Positions 55,619 to 64,000 of a stretch of 64,000 nt of DNA are shown here, in pieces. The stretch spans positions 289,291 through 353,290 of the IMG/VR virus record IMGVR_UViG_3300021431_002946; one strand, given 5' to 3'. Positions within the stretch are counted from its first letter, which is position 1; each line of letters opens with the position of its first letter. This DNA is from a virus. Taxonomy: Duplodnaviria > Heunggongvirae > Uroviricota > Caudoviricetes. A program made the translations under genes and the position numbers. The notes beneath the pieces are model-generated. The model was not told the origin of the DNA, did not search any database, and worked only from the letters and a program-made list of their open reading frames with translations.

Positions 55619-55957
55619 ATGATTAAAATGAACCCAAATCTAAAAGATTATTGGGAAAATGTTAGAATTAAACTTAATAAACAAGAAATATTTAAAAAGA
55701 AAATTAGTAAAAAATTTAAATTAGTAGATATATCAGCTAAAATTTTTGTTATTGATATTTTAGATAAAACAGAATTTAAAGACTATACAAAACTTTATGA
55801 TCTTGAAACTCTTGAAATTGTAAAGAAGAAAGATTTTAAGAATTATGATTATTTAGGTTTGATTAGTGTACAAGCAGGTTGTTTTGAATTTGTATTTTTT
55901 GATGTATATGAATATATAGAACAAAAATTAGATGAAATTTGGAAGGCGCCAAAATGA
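55619..55957 (+). CDS. hypothetical protein
   Basis: 112-aa ORF. Confidence 0.45.
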   Translation: MIKMNPNLKDYWENVRIKLNKQEIFKKKISKKFKLVDISAKIFVIDILDKTEFKDYTKLYDLETLEIVKKKDFKNYDYLGLISVQAGCFEFVFFDVYEYIEQKLDEIWKAPK

Positions 55958-56139
55958 ATAAACTTATTATAAACGGAAATTTATGCTTTGATACAGAAGA
56001 TACAGATAATCTTACAGAGATTATTAATAGCATAGAAACATTAATTTTGTCAAAGTTAGGTGTAAAAATTGATGTTAAAATGGTGCAACTTAAAGATGAA
56101 AATAATAATGAAATTGCTAGTTATGAGTCTAAAATTTAG
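55939..56139 (+). CDS. hypothetical small protein
   Basis: 66-aa ORF. Confidence 0.4.
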   Translation: MEGAKMNKLIINGNLCFDTEDTDNLTEIINSIETLILSKLGVKIDVKMVQLKDENNNEIASYESKI

Positions 56140-56199
56140 TAATTTTGTACAAATTTAATTAGTTATAAATATATAATAATTAGTTATAAATATATAAAA

Positions 56200-56230
56200 G
56201 GCAAACAAATAAAGTTTGTCTTTTTTTTAT
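56200..56230 (+). terminator. intrinsic terminator
   Basis: GGCAAAC..GTTTGTC + T9. Confidence 0.7.
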
Positions 56231-56297
56231 TTTATATTTTACTATATAAAAAAAATGAAATATAATATTACAAATAAAAAATAAGAGGAGGTATTAA

Positions 56298-56462
56298 ATG
56301 ATACACAAATTCCGATGCGATAGATGCGGAAAGACTTATTCACCATATCAAACAGAGGATATGAGTGAGTTTAATTTAGTTGAAATTACCGAGGACTGTA
56401 TACTTGAGAAGGATCTTTGTCAAGATTGTTATCAAGAATTAGTTGAGTGGTTTAATAAATAA
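56298..56462 (+). CDS. small zinc-ribbon protein (54 aa; CDRC..CQDC)
   Basis: GAGGAGG RBS; two CxxC pairs; not in the ORF track. Confidence 0.45.
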   Translation: MIHKFRCDRCGKTYSPYQTEDMSEFNLVEITEDCILEKDLCQDCYQELVEWFNK

Positions 56463-56480
56463 TCGAGGAAAGGAAAATAA

Positions 56481-56987
56481 ATGGCGAGTTTTGATAATGC
56501 AAGAAAAGAGGTAAAAGATCTTTACAGTCAATTGGCTCCAATTGTCGATGAAGTTGTTGCCAAGAATAGTAAAGAAATTGATTCCATTATAAAAAACATT
56601 AAATCAAACCTCACAAATTTAACTAATAAGGAATTGCACGAATATATGTTGCAATTGCAGATTGAAGCGTACGAGTTTGCTAGAACGAAAGATATGTCTA
56701 TTCTTCAGCAAGAGTGCGCTTTAACTTTGCTTAAGGAAAAGCAAGCAAACGTATATAATGGAACTGCTGGAACACAAAGTGCACGAAGTAATCAAGCTAT
56801 TATTGATAGCGTAGATAAGCAAGCAGTCAGTATGCTATATAATGCTGTATCAAATCGTATGAAATCAAAGTTAGATGAAACTCATAGAATGATTAACATA
56901 CTTTCAAATGTCCTTATTAGTAAGAATGCTGAGGCAAAATTACGCGGTGGACAGAAAGATGACGATTTATACGATAACAATGTTTGA
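56481..56987 (+). CDS. hypothetical protein
   Basis: 168-aa ORF with GGAAAGGA RBS. Confidence 0.5.
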   Translation: MASFDNARKEVKDLYSQLAPIVDEVVAKNSKEIDSIIKNIKSNLTNLTNKELHEYMLQLQIEAYEFARTKDMSILQQECALTLLKEKQANVYNGTAGTQSARSNQAIIDSVDKQAVSMLYNAVSNRMKSKLDETHRMINILSNVLISKNAEAKLRGGQKDDDLYDNNV

Positions 56988-57288
56988 AAAATTAACAAAA
57001 ATTGAAGAAGATAGTGATGGTAATATTTATGTTTTACCATTTCCAGAGTTCGGCAATAAACGATGCGCAGGTTTTTTTACAGATATTAATGAAGCGCTAG
57101 AAACTATAGAAAATGATGCTGAACGATTACATGATTACAGTTATGATTTTTGTATAATTGAAGAGTACACTGATGGTATTTTTATACCTACAGATAATCG
57201 ATATTTATTCATGTGGCAAGATAATAAATTTGTTCAAATAGATGAACCTATTATTATGCATACAGTTACTAATTTTGCAATGGGTTAA
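56980..57288 (+). CDS. hypothetical protein
   Basis: ATG overlapping the upstream stop (ATGTTTGA); replaces the listed 56908 start. Confidence 0.45.
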   Translation: MFEKLTKIEEDSDGNIYVLPFPEFGNKRCAGFFTDINEALETIENDAERLHDYSYDFCIIEEYTDGIFIPTDNRYLFMWQDNKFVQIDEPIIMHTVTNFAMG

Positions 57289-57381
57289 ACGAAAGACTAT
57301 TTAATTATATATATCCTAGATATATTTTTTGTTAACTTCTATTAAAATTGTTTATTAAAAAAGAAAGGAATTTATAAAAAA

Positions 57382-58623
57382 ATGAGTAGTGTTTTAGAAG
57401 TAGCAAAGGCCATAAATAGAGCCTGGAAGACAGATGTATTGACATCAGCGCAGATGATACCACCAATTAAGAAATGTTCGATGGGTACATTGTCTGCAGA
57501 TTATGCCTTATATGGTGGTATTCCTCTCGGAAAACTCACTGTATTAGCTGGAGAATCTGGTGCAGGTAAGTCGCTTGGTGCAGCAATCATCATGAAGAAT
57601 TATCAAGATAAAAATAAAGATCGTGTTTGTGTTTATGTAGATGCAGAAGAAACTCTTAGAGGTCAGCTTGATTGGATGGTACAAATGACTGGACTTGATA
57701 TTTCACCTGAAAGATTTATTAGATATGATTGTTCTGGTAAGTCTGCAGAAGAAATTTTTCAAGATATTATTCAGCTTCAGCAAGCATCTGATATTGGAAT
57801 GATAGTTATTGACTCAGCACCAATGCTTATTTCTCAAGGTGATATTGATAATGAGTTTACTAAGGATAATGGTCAGAGAGCTTCAATTGCAAAGTCTATG
57901 GGTAAGTTCTTAAAGTTCATGATTCCTGCAATTGCAAAGGCAGATAATCCTCTTATTATTATTAACCATACGCGTGTTGCAGGTACAACATTTACTGGTG
58001 CTAAGATCTATACTGAACCTTGTGGATATGCTCTTAATTACTATCCTACACTTAAGATTAGATTTGCAGCTCGTAAGTTTACTAAGGGTGATAAGCTTGA
58101 TATTTCAGCATCTCAGGCTGATGATACAGATGGTTTCTGCATGACATTCTCAGTAACTAAGAATAGACTTGGACCTCTTAATAGAAATGGTGCTAAGATT
58201 ATCTTTAGATATGATACAGGTCTTGATACAACAACTGACCTTATTGAAATTATTACTAAGTATGAGATTGCAAAGAAGCTTTCAACAGTTACTTGGTTAC
58301 TGGTAAGACCTGGTACTGATGATCCATACCTTGATGAGAATGGTAAGGAACTTCAATTTGCAGGTAAGCAGAAGATGATTGACTATATTAAGTCTCATGA
58401 TGAGTTTAGAGAAGAATATACTAAGGCAGTATCTGATTATATCAATAAGACTGGTAAGGATATTTCTCTTATTGATGATGAAGATCTTGCTGAGATCATA
58501 GCTGCTGAACGTGGTGTTGAGGAAACATCAAAGAAAGAAAAGGAAGAGTTTGAGCTTGATGAAAAAGCTGAAACTAAGGAAGAAACAAAAGCTACTGCTA
58601 ATAACAGTGAAAATGAAGAGTAA
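57382..58623 (+). CDS. RecA-family recombinase (phage UvsX/RecA-like)
   Basis: Walker A GESGAGKS, RecA-fold core, acidic C-terminal tail. Confidence 0.75.
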   Translation: MSSVLEVAKAINRAWKTDVLTSAQMIPPIKKCSMGTLSADYALYGGIPLGKLTVLAGESGAGKSLGAAIIMKNYQDKNKDRVCVYVDAEETLRGQLDWMVQMTGLDISPERFIRYDCSGKSAEEIFQDIIQLQQASDIGMIVIDSAPMLISQGDIDNEFTKDNGQRASIAKSMGKFLKFMIPAIAKADNPLIIINHTRVAGTTFTGAKIYTEPCGYALNYYPTLKIRFAARKFTKGDKLDISASQADDTDGFCMTFSVTKNRLGPLNRNGAKIIFRYDTGLDTTTDLIEIITKYEIAKKLSTVTWLLVRPGTDDPYLDENGKELQFAGKQKMIDYIKSHDEFREEYTKAVSDYINKTGKDISLIDDEDLAEIIAAERGVEETSKKEKEEFELDEKAETKEETKATANNSENEE

Positions 58624-58841
58624 TTAAATAAAATTTTATAGTGGCGGAATAGGTAGACGCTAAAGGCAAGGTAAGAGCAAAGTGAATTAAGATGGTTGGA
58701 ATAGCAATGGTATTAAATCAGCAAAGCCCAACTCACTGATATATACTAAAACCTTCGAGCCGTAAAATGGTTACCATTGTATATATTGCTCATATAAGGT
58801 GCAAATCCTTATCTATAAAATATATTTTATAAATTAAGATT

Positions 58842-59246
58842 ATGAGATTACAAAGAGATAACAGTAATAATGAAAATAGTATGAGGCTTCATAAAGATGA
58901 TGGAAAAAAGAAGCCAACAAGATACTTTTCTGATAAACAAGAAAAGTCTATTGCTAAAGCTATAGGAGCTAAGCAAACTAAAAATTCTGGAGCAACAGCG
59001 TATCAAAAAGGTGATGTTCTTGATGATAATTGGTTGATAGAGGCGAAAACTTGTACTAAAGATCAAAAAACATTTACAATGCATAAAGAATGGTTTGATA
59101 AAAATTTATCAGAATCAATTTTTATGAAAAAAGATTATACAGCTGTAGTTTTTAGTTTTGGACCGTCTAGTAAGAACTACTACTGCGTTGATGAACAAAC
59201 TTTCAAAAGAATGAAAGAATTATTAGATTTATATGGAGATGGTTAA
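58842..59246 (+). CDS. hypothetical protein (possible PD-(D/E)xK-like nuclease; weak)
   Basis: GDVLDD..LIEAKT pattern. Confidence 0.35.
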   Translation: MRLQRDNSNNENSMRLHKDDGKKKPTRYFSDKQEKSIAKAIGAKQTKNSGATAYQKGDVLDDNWLIEAKTCTKDQKTFTMHKEWFDKNLSESIFMKKDYTAVVFSFGPSSKNYYCVDEQTFKRMKELLDLYGDG

Positions 59247-59267
59247 ATAATTAGAGGAGCAGTAAAA

Positions 59268-59501
59268 ATGAGTGAAAAGGAAATTTATGAAACAATTAAG
59301 TCACAACTAGTTTACTATGATCGTGCAAAGATTTATAAAAATAAATACGATTATTTTATTGATTTAACAATGAGTTGTGATAGACAGGAAGCAATTGATC
59401 AGTGTACTTATTTTATAAATGATGCAATTGAACATTGGGATATATTTGGAATATTAGCTGCGTATGATTTAAGAGAATATTTGAAGAAGCAAAGTAGATG
59501 A
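59268..59501 (+). CDS. hypothetical protein
   Basis: 77-aa ORF with GGAG RBS. Confidence 0.5.
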   Translation: MSEKEIYETIKSQLVYYDRAKIYKNKYDYFIDLTMSCDRQEAIDQCTYFINDAIEHWDIFGILAAYDLREYLKKQSR

Positions 59502-60037
59502 AAACAAAACTTTTAGTTGAAGGTCTATTATATATGAATCCTGCTTTAGAAATATTTTTTAGAGCAGCGCATATTATAAATGATAAAGACAGAAACTGGA
59601 AACCAGTAGAGCATAATGAGATAGGATTTATACATAAGTTTATGAATCCTAAATTTTTAGTTATTGTAGAAAATCAAATACATGTATTTCTTTTTGGAGA
59701 TCCATATATTGATGAGTTTGGTAAAGAACGTGGTTTTCATGTTTATGTGATTGATGGTTTTAATTGTAAACATACGGCAGTTGATAAAAAGAAATTAATT
59801 GAGGAAATTAAATTTATTACAAGTCAAGAAAGATTTTTGCCTGATGAATGTATGAATCGAATAATATATATGGATAATAAGAGCGTTTATATATTCAATA
59901 AAATAACAGGTAAAAAGTTGTTCGGTAAATCTACTTGGAGTACCGGTACAGATATTTATAATGCAGGTGCAGTATCATATGAAACATCTGCTGACGAAAT
60001 AATAAAAGAATGTTATAAACACATCGAAGAGCTTTAA
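59498..60037 (+). CDS. hypothetical protein
   Basis: 179-aa ORF. Confidence 0.5.
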   Translation: MKTKLLVEGLLYMNPALEIFFRAAHIINDKDRNWKPVEHNEIGFIHKFMNPKFLVIVENQIHVFLFGDPYIDEFGKERGFHVYVIDGFNCKHTAVDKKKLIEEIKFITSQERFLPDECMNRIIYMDNKSVYIFNKITGKKLFGKSTWSTGTDIYNAGAVSYETSADEIIKECYKHIEEL

Positions 60038-60052
60038 AGGAGAAAAAAGAAT

Positions 60053-60397
60053 ATGAGTAAACGTGGTACTAATGATCAGCAACATATTATTGATGCCTTA
60101 AATAAAGGTGATTATAATTATGTATGGGAAAAAGTAAAATATATTGGTTATAAGAAAATGCCAGATATAAATGACAGATATATTATTTTCTGTAAAAAAG
60201 TTAAAGACTTTGATACTGAAAAGAATAATAATTTTATTCAGTGGTATTCACAATATATTGGTTATAATTCATCAAATGTAAAGAATTCTAGAATTACTCA
60301 ATCTAGAGGAGTTCTTGATAAATGTAAAAATGAATATATTTCGCCAACTGATTGTAAAGGTTTTCCTATTGTAAAAGACATTAAGAATTGGCATTAA
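60053..60397 (+). CDS. hypothetical protein
   Basis: 114-aa ORF with AGGAG RBS. Confidence 0.5.
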   Translation: MSKRGTNDQQHIIDALNKGDYNYVWEKVKYIGYKKMPDINDRYIIFCKKVKDFDTEKNNNFIQWYSQYIGYNSSNVKNSRITQSRGVLDKCKNEYISPTDCKGFPIVKDIKNWH

Positions 60398-60421
60398 TAT
60401 ATTATGAAGGGAAATTAAACA

Positions 60422-60958
60422 ATGATTGACATAGTAAGATTAGCTGGAGAAAAAATTGATCTCTGTATTATGAGAACAGATGAAGAATCAATTAAACTTT
60501 ATACAAAGTGGCAAAATGATGAAACTATAAATAAGTGGATTCATGCTAATGATAGAGTTATGCAATATAATCAAGAAGCTAATTGGATAAATAATTTAGA
60601 TGAAGATACTTGTCAATTTTGTATAGTTGTTAAAGATAGTCGTAAACTTATTGGAACTTGTTCTTGTGGAATTTTTGGCAATGCTAGAAATGGTACTGTT
60701 GGAATTTATATGGGAGATGAGTTTAATAAAGGTTATGGTACTGAAGCAATTAAATTAATGGTTAAATTTCTCTTTAATGAGAAAAATGCGCATAAAGTAG
60801 AACTTAGCGTTATTGGAGGCAATAAAAGAGCAATGACATGTTATACAAAAGCTGGATTTAAAGAATGTGGCAGAAGACATGATCATTGTTATCATGATGG
60901 AAAATATGATGATTTAGTTATAATGGAAATATTAAGAAAAGATTGGAAGGATAATTAA
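60422..60958 (+). CDS. GNAT family N-acetyltransferase (RimJ/RimL-like)
   Basis: GIYMGDEFNKGYGTEA..VELSVIGGNKRAMTCYTKAGF acetyl-CoA binding motif. Confidence 0.75.
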   Translation: MIDIVRLAGEKIDLCIMRTDEESIKLYTKWQNDETINKWIHANDRVMQYNQEANWINNLDEDTCQFCIVVKDSRKLIGTCSCGIFGNARNGTVGIYMGDEFNKGYGTEAIKLMVKFLFNEKNAHKVELSVIGGNKRAMTCYTKAGFKECGRRHDHCYHDGKYDDLVIMEILRKDWKDN

Positions 60959-60961
60959 AAA

Positions 60962-61678
60962 ATGTTTATTAATACAGAAAAAATGAAAAAGATATTGACC
61001 ATTCAAGCAAATATCTTTGATGACTCCAGGGTGTCTCTGGGAGCTAAGGGACTATTTACTCAAATATATTACTGTAATAAAGATATAAGTACTTTAAATG
61101 ATATTCTGAAGTACGTGAATAATACTGAAGAAGAACTCAAAACATTATTTGAAGAATTAGTTACTACTGGTTATATTGTTAAAACTAAGACAGGTTTTAA
61201 GTTAGTTACTAGTGTTTCGAATAAAGATAAGCAAGGAATTGAAAATGTAGAAGAAGTTATTAAAGAAGCAAATGAATATGCTGAACAAACACAACCTAAA
61301 GCATTGTCAATTTATGATAAGATTAAGCTTATTATTGATAGTTATGAACTTACACAAAATGTAAAGAACCTTTTACTTGTATATTTTGAAGCAAGACTTA
61401 GTAAGAAAGGTAGATTTGCAGAAGGTGATGCATTGCATGCTAATCAAGTTAGAGCTATGATTGGAGATCTTGTAAGTTTTCATCTTAGTGAAGACCAAGA
61501 ACTTGAATGCATACAGAAATCAATTGACATGCAGTGGTATAAGTTTGTTAAACCTGCACCTAAGCCTACATTTGATAAAACACAGATTCAAAGCGGTACA
61601 TATACAGAAGAAGCAATTGAAGAGATTAAGAAGAAAGCAAAGATTTTAGAGCAGAATGGTGAGCAAGGAGTATTCTAA
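60962..61678 (+). CDS. putative replication initiation/organiser protein (DnaD-like; tentative)
   Basis: sits directly before the DnaC-like loader and DnaB-like helicase; no firm motif. Confidence 0.35.
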   Translation: MFINTEKMKKILTIQANIFDDSRVSLGAKGLFTQIYYCNKDISTLNDILKYVNNTEEELKTLFEELVTTGYIVKTKTGFKLVTSVSNKDKQGIENVEEVIKEANEYAEQTQPKALSIYDKIKLIIDSYELTQNVKNLLLVYFEARLSKKGRFAEGDALHANQVRAMIGDLVSFHLSEDQELECIQKSIDMQWYKFVKPAPKPTFDKTQIQSGTYTEEAIEEIKKKAKILEQNGEQGVF

Positions 61679-62346
61679 TGAAATTACATGATTGTTTTTA
61701 TAAAAATGTTTGTACTAAGAAAGATTCTGAATGCACAGAATTTTGTATTAGATATATTCAAATGCAAAGATTATTTGAACTTAGTAATTTACCTATAAAG
61801 TATAGAACTCCTGTTACTATTATTAGTGTTGATGAAGATAGACCTAATTATATTAAACTTGCAAAGATAAAAGAAAAGATTACTGAATTTGTTCAAAAAG
61901 GTAAAAATCTTTATATTTGCTCTAATACATGTGGTAATGCAAAAACAACTTGGGCAGTAAAATTAATGCTCAGATATTTTGATAGAATGTGGCCAAATAG
62001 TTATGATATAACTAGAGGTCTTTATGTTCATGTACCTACATTATTACTTGATTTAAAAAAGTTTAATAATAGACCTGCATATATTGATAGAATTGCAGAA
62101 GCTGATTTAGTTATTTGGGATGATATTGCGCTCTCAACATTAACTGAATATGAGCATGAACAATTATTGCAGTTTATTGATAATAGAATGGCAAATGGTT
62201 TAAGTAATATTTATACAAGTAATATTACTAATGCAAATGATCTTGCTACATTAGTTGGTAACAGATTATCTAGTAGAATATATAGTAATTCACAAGTTAT
62301 TGAATTTAAAGCTGGCGACTGGAGAATTGGAGGTAAATTAGAATGA
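61678..62346 (+). CDS. DnaC/IstB-like AAA+ helicase loader
   Basis: degenerate Walker A CGNAKTT; DLVIWDDIA..STL..IYTSNI box typical of DnaC/IstB. Confidence 0.65.
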   Translation: MKLHDCFYKNVCTKKDSECTEFCIRYIQMQRLFELSNLPIKYRTPVTIISVDEDRPNYIKLAKIKEKITEFVQKGKNLYICSNTCGNAKTTWAVKLMLRYFDRMWPNSYDITRGLYVHVPTLLLDLKKFNNRPAYIDRIAEADLVIWDDIALSTLTEYEHEQLLQFIDNRMANGLSNIYTSNITNANDLATLVGNRLSSRIYSNSQVIEFKAGDWRIGGKLE

Positions 62347-63629
62347 TACAACAACAAGCATTAAATTATATTTTAAAGAATAGAGATGCAGATCTCTTAA
62401 TTACGTATGACGAAAAGTATTATTTTAATTATACTGATGAATATAAAGCAATTCGCCAGCATTATGATAAGTATAAGACAATTCCAGACGTATTGACAGT
62501 CTTAGAAAAAGTTCCTGATTTTAAAATTATTGATACAAATGAATCAAAGCAATATATTGAACAAAAATTGTATGAAGAGTATGTATATGAATTTACTCGT
62601 AAAACAATGGATAAAAAGAGAGAGTTATTCATAGAAGATGCAGTTAAAGCAAAGAATGAAGTTATTACTGCTTTATCTGCTTTACATCCTCCAAGATTAA
62701 GTTATGGTACAGATATTGTTGCAGAAGCACAAGCAAGATATGATAATTTGTTAGATACTCTTGCTGCTCCTAATGCAAATAAATTCAGTACTGGACTTCC
62801 TGAATTAGATGTAATTCTTGGTGGTGGATTACATAGAGGAGAAGAATTCTTTGTAATCTTTGCAAGAACAAATAATGGTAAATCTTGGATTGCAGAAAAG
62901 ATTGCTGTTTCTGTTTGGGCAGACGGAAATAATGTTGGTTTCTTCTCTCCAGAAATGAGTGCAATTTCAATTGGTCAAAGATTTGATACATTATATAAGA
63001 ATTTCAGTAATAAAGGTGTACAAGGCGATGAGCCTGATTTTGGAACTGATAAATATAGAACTTACATTAATAATTTAAGTAAGAACAAAACAAAGTTCAG
63101 TGTTACAACTCCATTAGATTTTGATAAGGAAGTAACTGTATCAAAGCTTGCAAAATGGGTTAGAGATTTAGATTTAAAGCTTTTGGTTATTGATGGTCTT
63201 ACATATCTTAAGAATGAAAGAGCAACTGGTCATCAACAAGAAACACAAAAGTTAACAGATCTTTCAGAAGATTTAATGACACTTAGTAATGAGTTATCAA
63301 TTCCTGTAATTGCAGTTGTACAAGCAAATAGAGAAGCCGCAAGAGATGCAAATGGTGAAGTTAATAATGATACTCCTGAAATTGATACAATTCGTGGTTC
63401 TGATGGTATTTCACATAATGCATCAAGAGTTCTTTCAGTTAGATTTAAAGATGGTACATTAACTCTTTATGTAAATAAAAACCGTTATGGTGAAGTTAAT
63501 AAAAAGTTAGTTTGGAAGTTTGATATAAATCATGGTAGATTTGTATATGTGCCTAATCCAAAAGATGGTATTGCACTTGATCCTGACGATACAAGAAATG
63601 GTTTTCCAGATTCAGGTGAGCCTACATGA
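62343..63629 (+). CDS. DnaB-family replicative DNA helicase
   Basis: GLPELD..GGGL, Walker A NNGKS, LVIDGLTYL, VVQANRE (SQLNR-like) motifs. Confidence 0.75.
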   Translation: MIQQQALNYILKNRDADLLITYDEKYYFNYTDEYKAIRQHYDKYKTIPDVLTVLEKVPDFKIIDTNESKQYIEQKLYEEYVYEFTRKTMDKKRELFIEDAVKAKNEVITALSALHPPRLSYGTDIVAEAQARYDNLLDTLAAPNANKFSTGLPELDVILGGGLHRGEEFFVIFARTNNGKSWIAEKIAVSVWADGNNVGFFSPEMSAISIGQRFDTLYKNFSNKGVQGDEPDFGTDKYRTYINNLSKNKTKFSVTTPLDFDKEVTVSKLAKWVRDLDLKLLVIDGLTYLKNERATGHQQETQKLTDLSEDLMTLSNELSIPVIAVVQANREAARDANGEVNNDTPEIDTIRGSDGISHNASRVLSVRFKDGTLTLYVNKNRYGEVNKKLVWKFDINHGRFVYVPNPKDGIALDPDDTRNGFPDSGEPT

Positions 63630-64000
63630 GAATAGAAAATTTAGAAATAAATACAGATATATATAAAATTCTTGATAAATTATTTAAAGACTTAAATAAA
63701 GCAGATAAAAATCTTTTTGCAAAAGGCTTTAAAGAATCAGGAGATTATTTGATGGTTCAATGCCCATATCATAAGTATGGACAAGAAAGCCATCCTTCTG
63801 CAGAATTTAGAAAATCTGATGGTTTCTTTTATTGTTTTAATTGTAAAACATCTAAATCATTACCTAAAGTTATTTATGATTTATTAGGTGTTAGTGGAAA
63901 GTCTTGGTTATTAAATAATTTTGAAGGTTCAAGTACAGAAGACAGATATATTGATGATTTTGCACTGCCTGAAAGAAATACAGAACAAAAACATTATATT
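63627..64000 (+). CDS. DNA primase (zinc-finger CHC2 N-terminus), 3'-truncated by the window edge
   Basis: CPYHKYGQESHPS..YCFNCK zinc-binding motif; ATG overlaps the helicase stop. Confidence 0.55.

Overview
AT-rich (~30% GC) 64-kb segment in which every credible gene lies on the + strand. Genes are packed as near-monocistronic cassettes: intrinsic terminator, a repeated sigma70-like promoter (TTATTTAC[A/G]-N17/18-TATAAT), an AGGAG ribosome-binding site, then the gene. The content points to a large mobile element, most likely a jumbo phage or phage-plasmid, of a low-GC Gram-positive host. Evidence: tRNA-Gln and tRNA-Lys, a RecA/UvsX-like recombinase, a DnaD?/DnaC/DnaB/primase replication module, a Lar-type anti-restriction gene, three phosphatases and many small ORFan genes. 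No capsid, terminase, tail or integrase genes are recognisable in the window. Two systems stand out. (1) At 6.4-23.7 kb, a sortase-dependent surface-fibre or pilus locus like the S. pyogenes FCT pilus: two secreted pilin-like proteins with xPTG-type sorting signals, a signal peptidase I homolog that appears to lack both catalytic residues (SipA-like), a class B sortase, a 4120-aa BspA/DUF285-LRR plus Listeria-Bacteroides-repeat adhesin ending in a sorting signal, and a type IV pilin-like gene. (2) At 27.6-47.8 kb, a full Preiss-Handler NAD+ salvage route (PncA, PncB, P-loop kinase, NMNAT-NadE fusion) embedded with two NADAR proteins, a Nudix hydrolase, Tpt1/KptA and a YpsA-like SLOG protein. 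This is a candidate NAD+-reconstitution and ADP-ribosylation-reversal anti-defence island. Also present: a tandem array of five divergent paralogs with apparently leaderless starts, a PNAG-synthase-like glycosyltransferase, an HflK/HflC pair, a GNAT acetyltransferase, an orphan HicA-like gene and several non-coding oddities. All functional calls rest on remembered motifs; no database search was run.
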